Part shown: piece by piece, positions 63,442 to 64,000 of the stretch | How the letters are laid out: the number at the start of each line of letters is the position of its first letter | Numbering within the stretch: position 1 is the first letter of the stretch | The notes under the pieces: generated by a model | Databases searched by the model: none | What the model was told of the DNA's origin: nothing | Seen by the model: only the letters and a program-made list of their open reading frames with translations | Origin: Lama glama | Lineage: Eukaryota | DNA: 64,000 nucleotides | NCBI GenBank assembly: GCA_028534125.1 | Contig: CM052845.1 | Span: 5,208,001-5,272,000, forward strand | Direction of reading: 5' to 3' | Position numbers and translations under genes: made by a program

Positions 63442-63654
63442 AAAAGTGACTGAAAGATTCAGGAAGCTGTCCCTACTACCAAAGTGTGTTACTGCTGACA
63501 GTTATATATATTTTTTTCTCTCAATCTCTTAATCATCAAATCACATTAATAAATTTTGACACATACTTTTAATTGTGCAAGTATATTTCATCTGAAATAT
63601 AGCAAGGTTTAAAAAATGTTCTTTACATAATATCAACCCCTAATCTAATTAAAG

Positions 63655-63952
63655 CTTTTTGGATAACTTTGTTGTTAAATTGATTTGTCAATTTTTCTCA
63701 CAATGTTGTATTTTTCATTTTTTTCTTTTTCCTTAGGTCCTAGTTGTTTATCTAATTTATATATAATATATATATGTGTGTATGTTAATTCTAAAAGCTT
63801 AATTTATCCCTCCCCTACCCTTTCCCCCTTTGGTAACCATAGTTTGTTTTCTATGTCTGTGAGTCTGTTTCCAGTTTGTAAGTTCATTTCTATTTTTCTT
63901 TTTTTAGATTCCACATATAAGTGGTACCATATGGTATCTGTCTTACTCTGAT
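63655..63952 (-). mobile_element. cetartiodactyl-type L1 3' UTR
   Basis: TAGGTCCT.GTTGTTTATCTA, TTCCCCTTTGGTAACCATAGTTTGTTTTCTATGTCTGTGAGTCTGTTTC, TTAGATTCCACATATAAGTG; reverse of the 8507-9085 family. Confidence 0.92.
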
Positions 63953-64000
63953 TACTGACAATTACATTCTAACTGTGATAGAAGTTTCTAGGAAACAAGC

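Noticed and set aside
230-63951. Remaining 60-150 aa ORFs as protein-coding genes
   Set aside because: Lengths match chance expectation, many start at GTG/TTG or lie in repeats, and none resembles a protein I recognise.
1-64000. Prokaryotic-type systems (operons, CRISPR, IS elements, defence islands)
   Set aside because: Sequence is mammalian repeat-rich non-coding DNA with no gene-dense or foreign-composition segment.

Overview
Mammalian non-coding DNA, not prokaryotic. Five short tRNA(Ala)-derived SINEs of the vic-1 type plus cetartiodactyl-type L1 3' ends point to a camelid genome (alpaca, vicuna or camel; inference). The window is a mosaic of eutherian interspersed repeats: L1/HAL1, L2, MIR, MER20, MER5, a Tigger1 derivative, MaLR MLT1 LTRs and a MER34-like solo LTR. 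It has two N gaps and a series of repeat-free, CpG-retaining, homeodomain/SOX/MEF2/CTCF-motif-rich islands that look like developmental enhancers. I recognise no protein-coding exon, RNA gene or gene symbol, and the ORF track is consistent with noise. Most L1 fragments and poly-A runs are on the + strand, which suggests a large intron of a minus-strand gene. I found no convincing novel biological system. The best leads are the enhancer-like islands, some unproven minus-strand exon candidates, and small structural events inside repeats (a loop micro-inversion in Tigger1, a fold-back in an L1 microsatellite, CpG-gain tracts). Repeat names and boundaries come from recalled consensus sequences by eye and are approximate unless a TSD is given.
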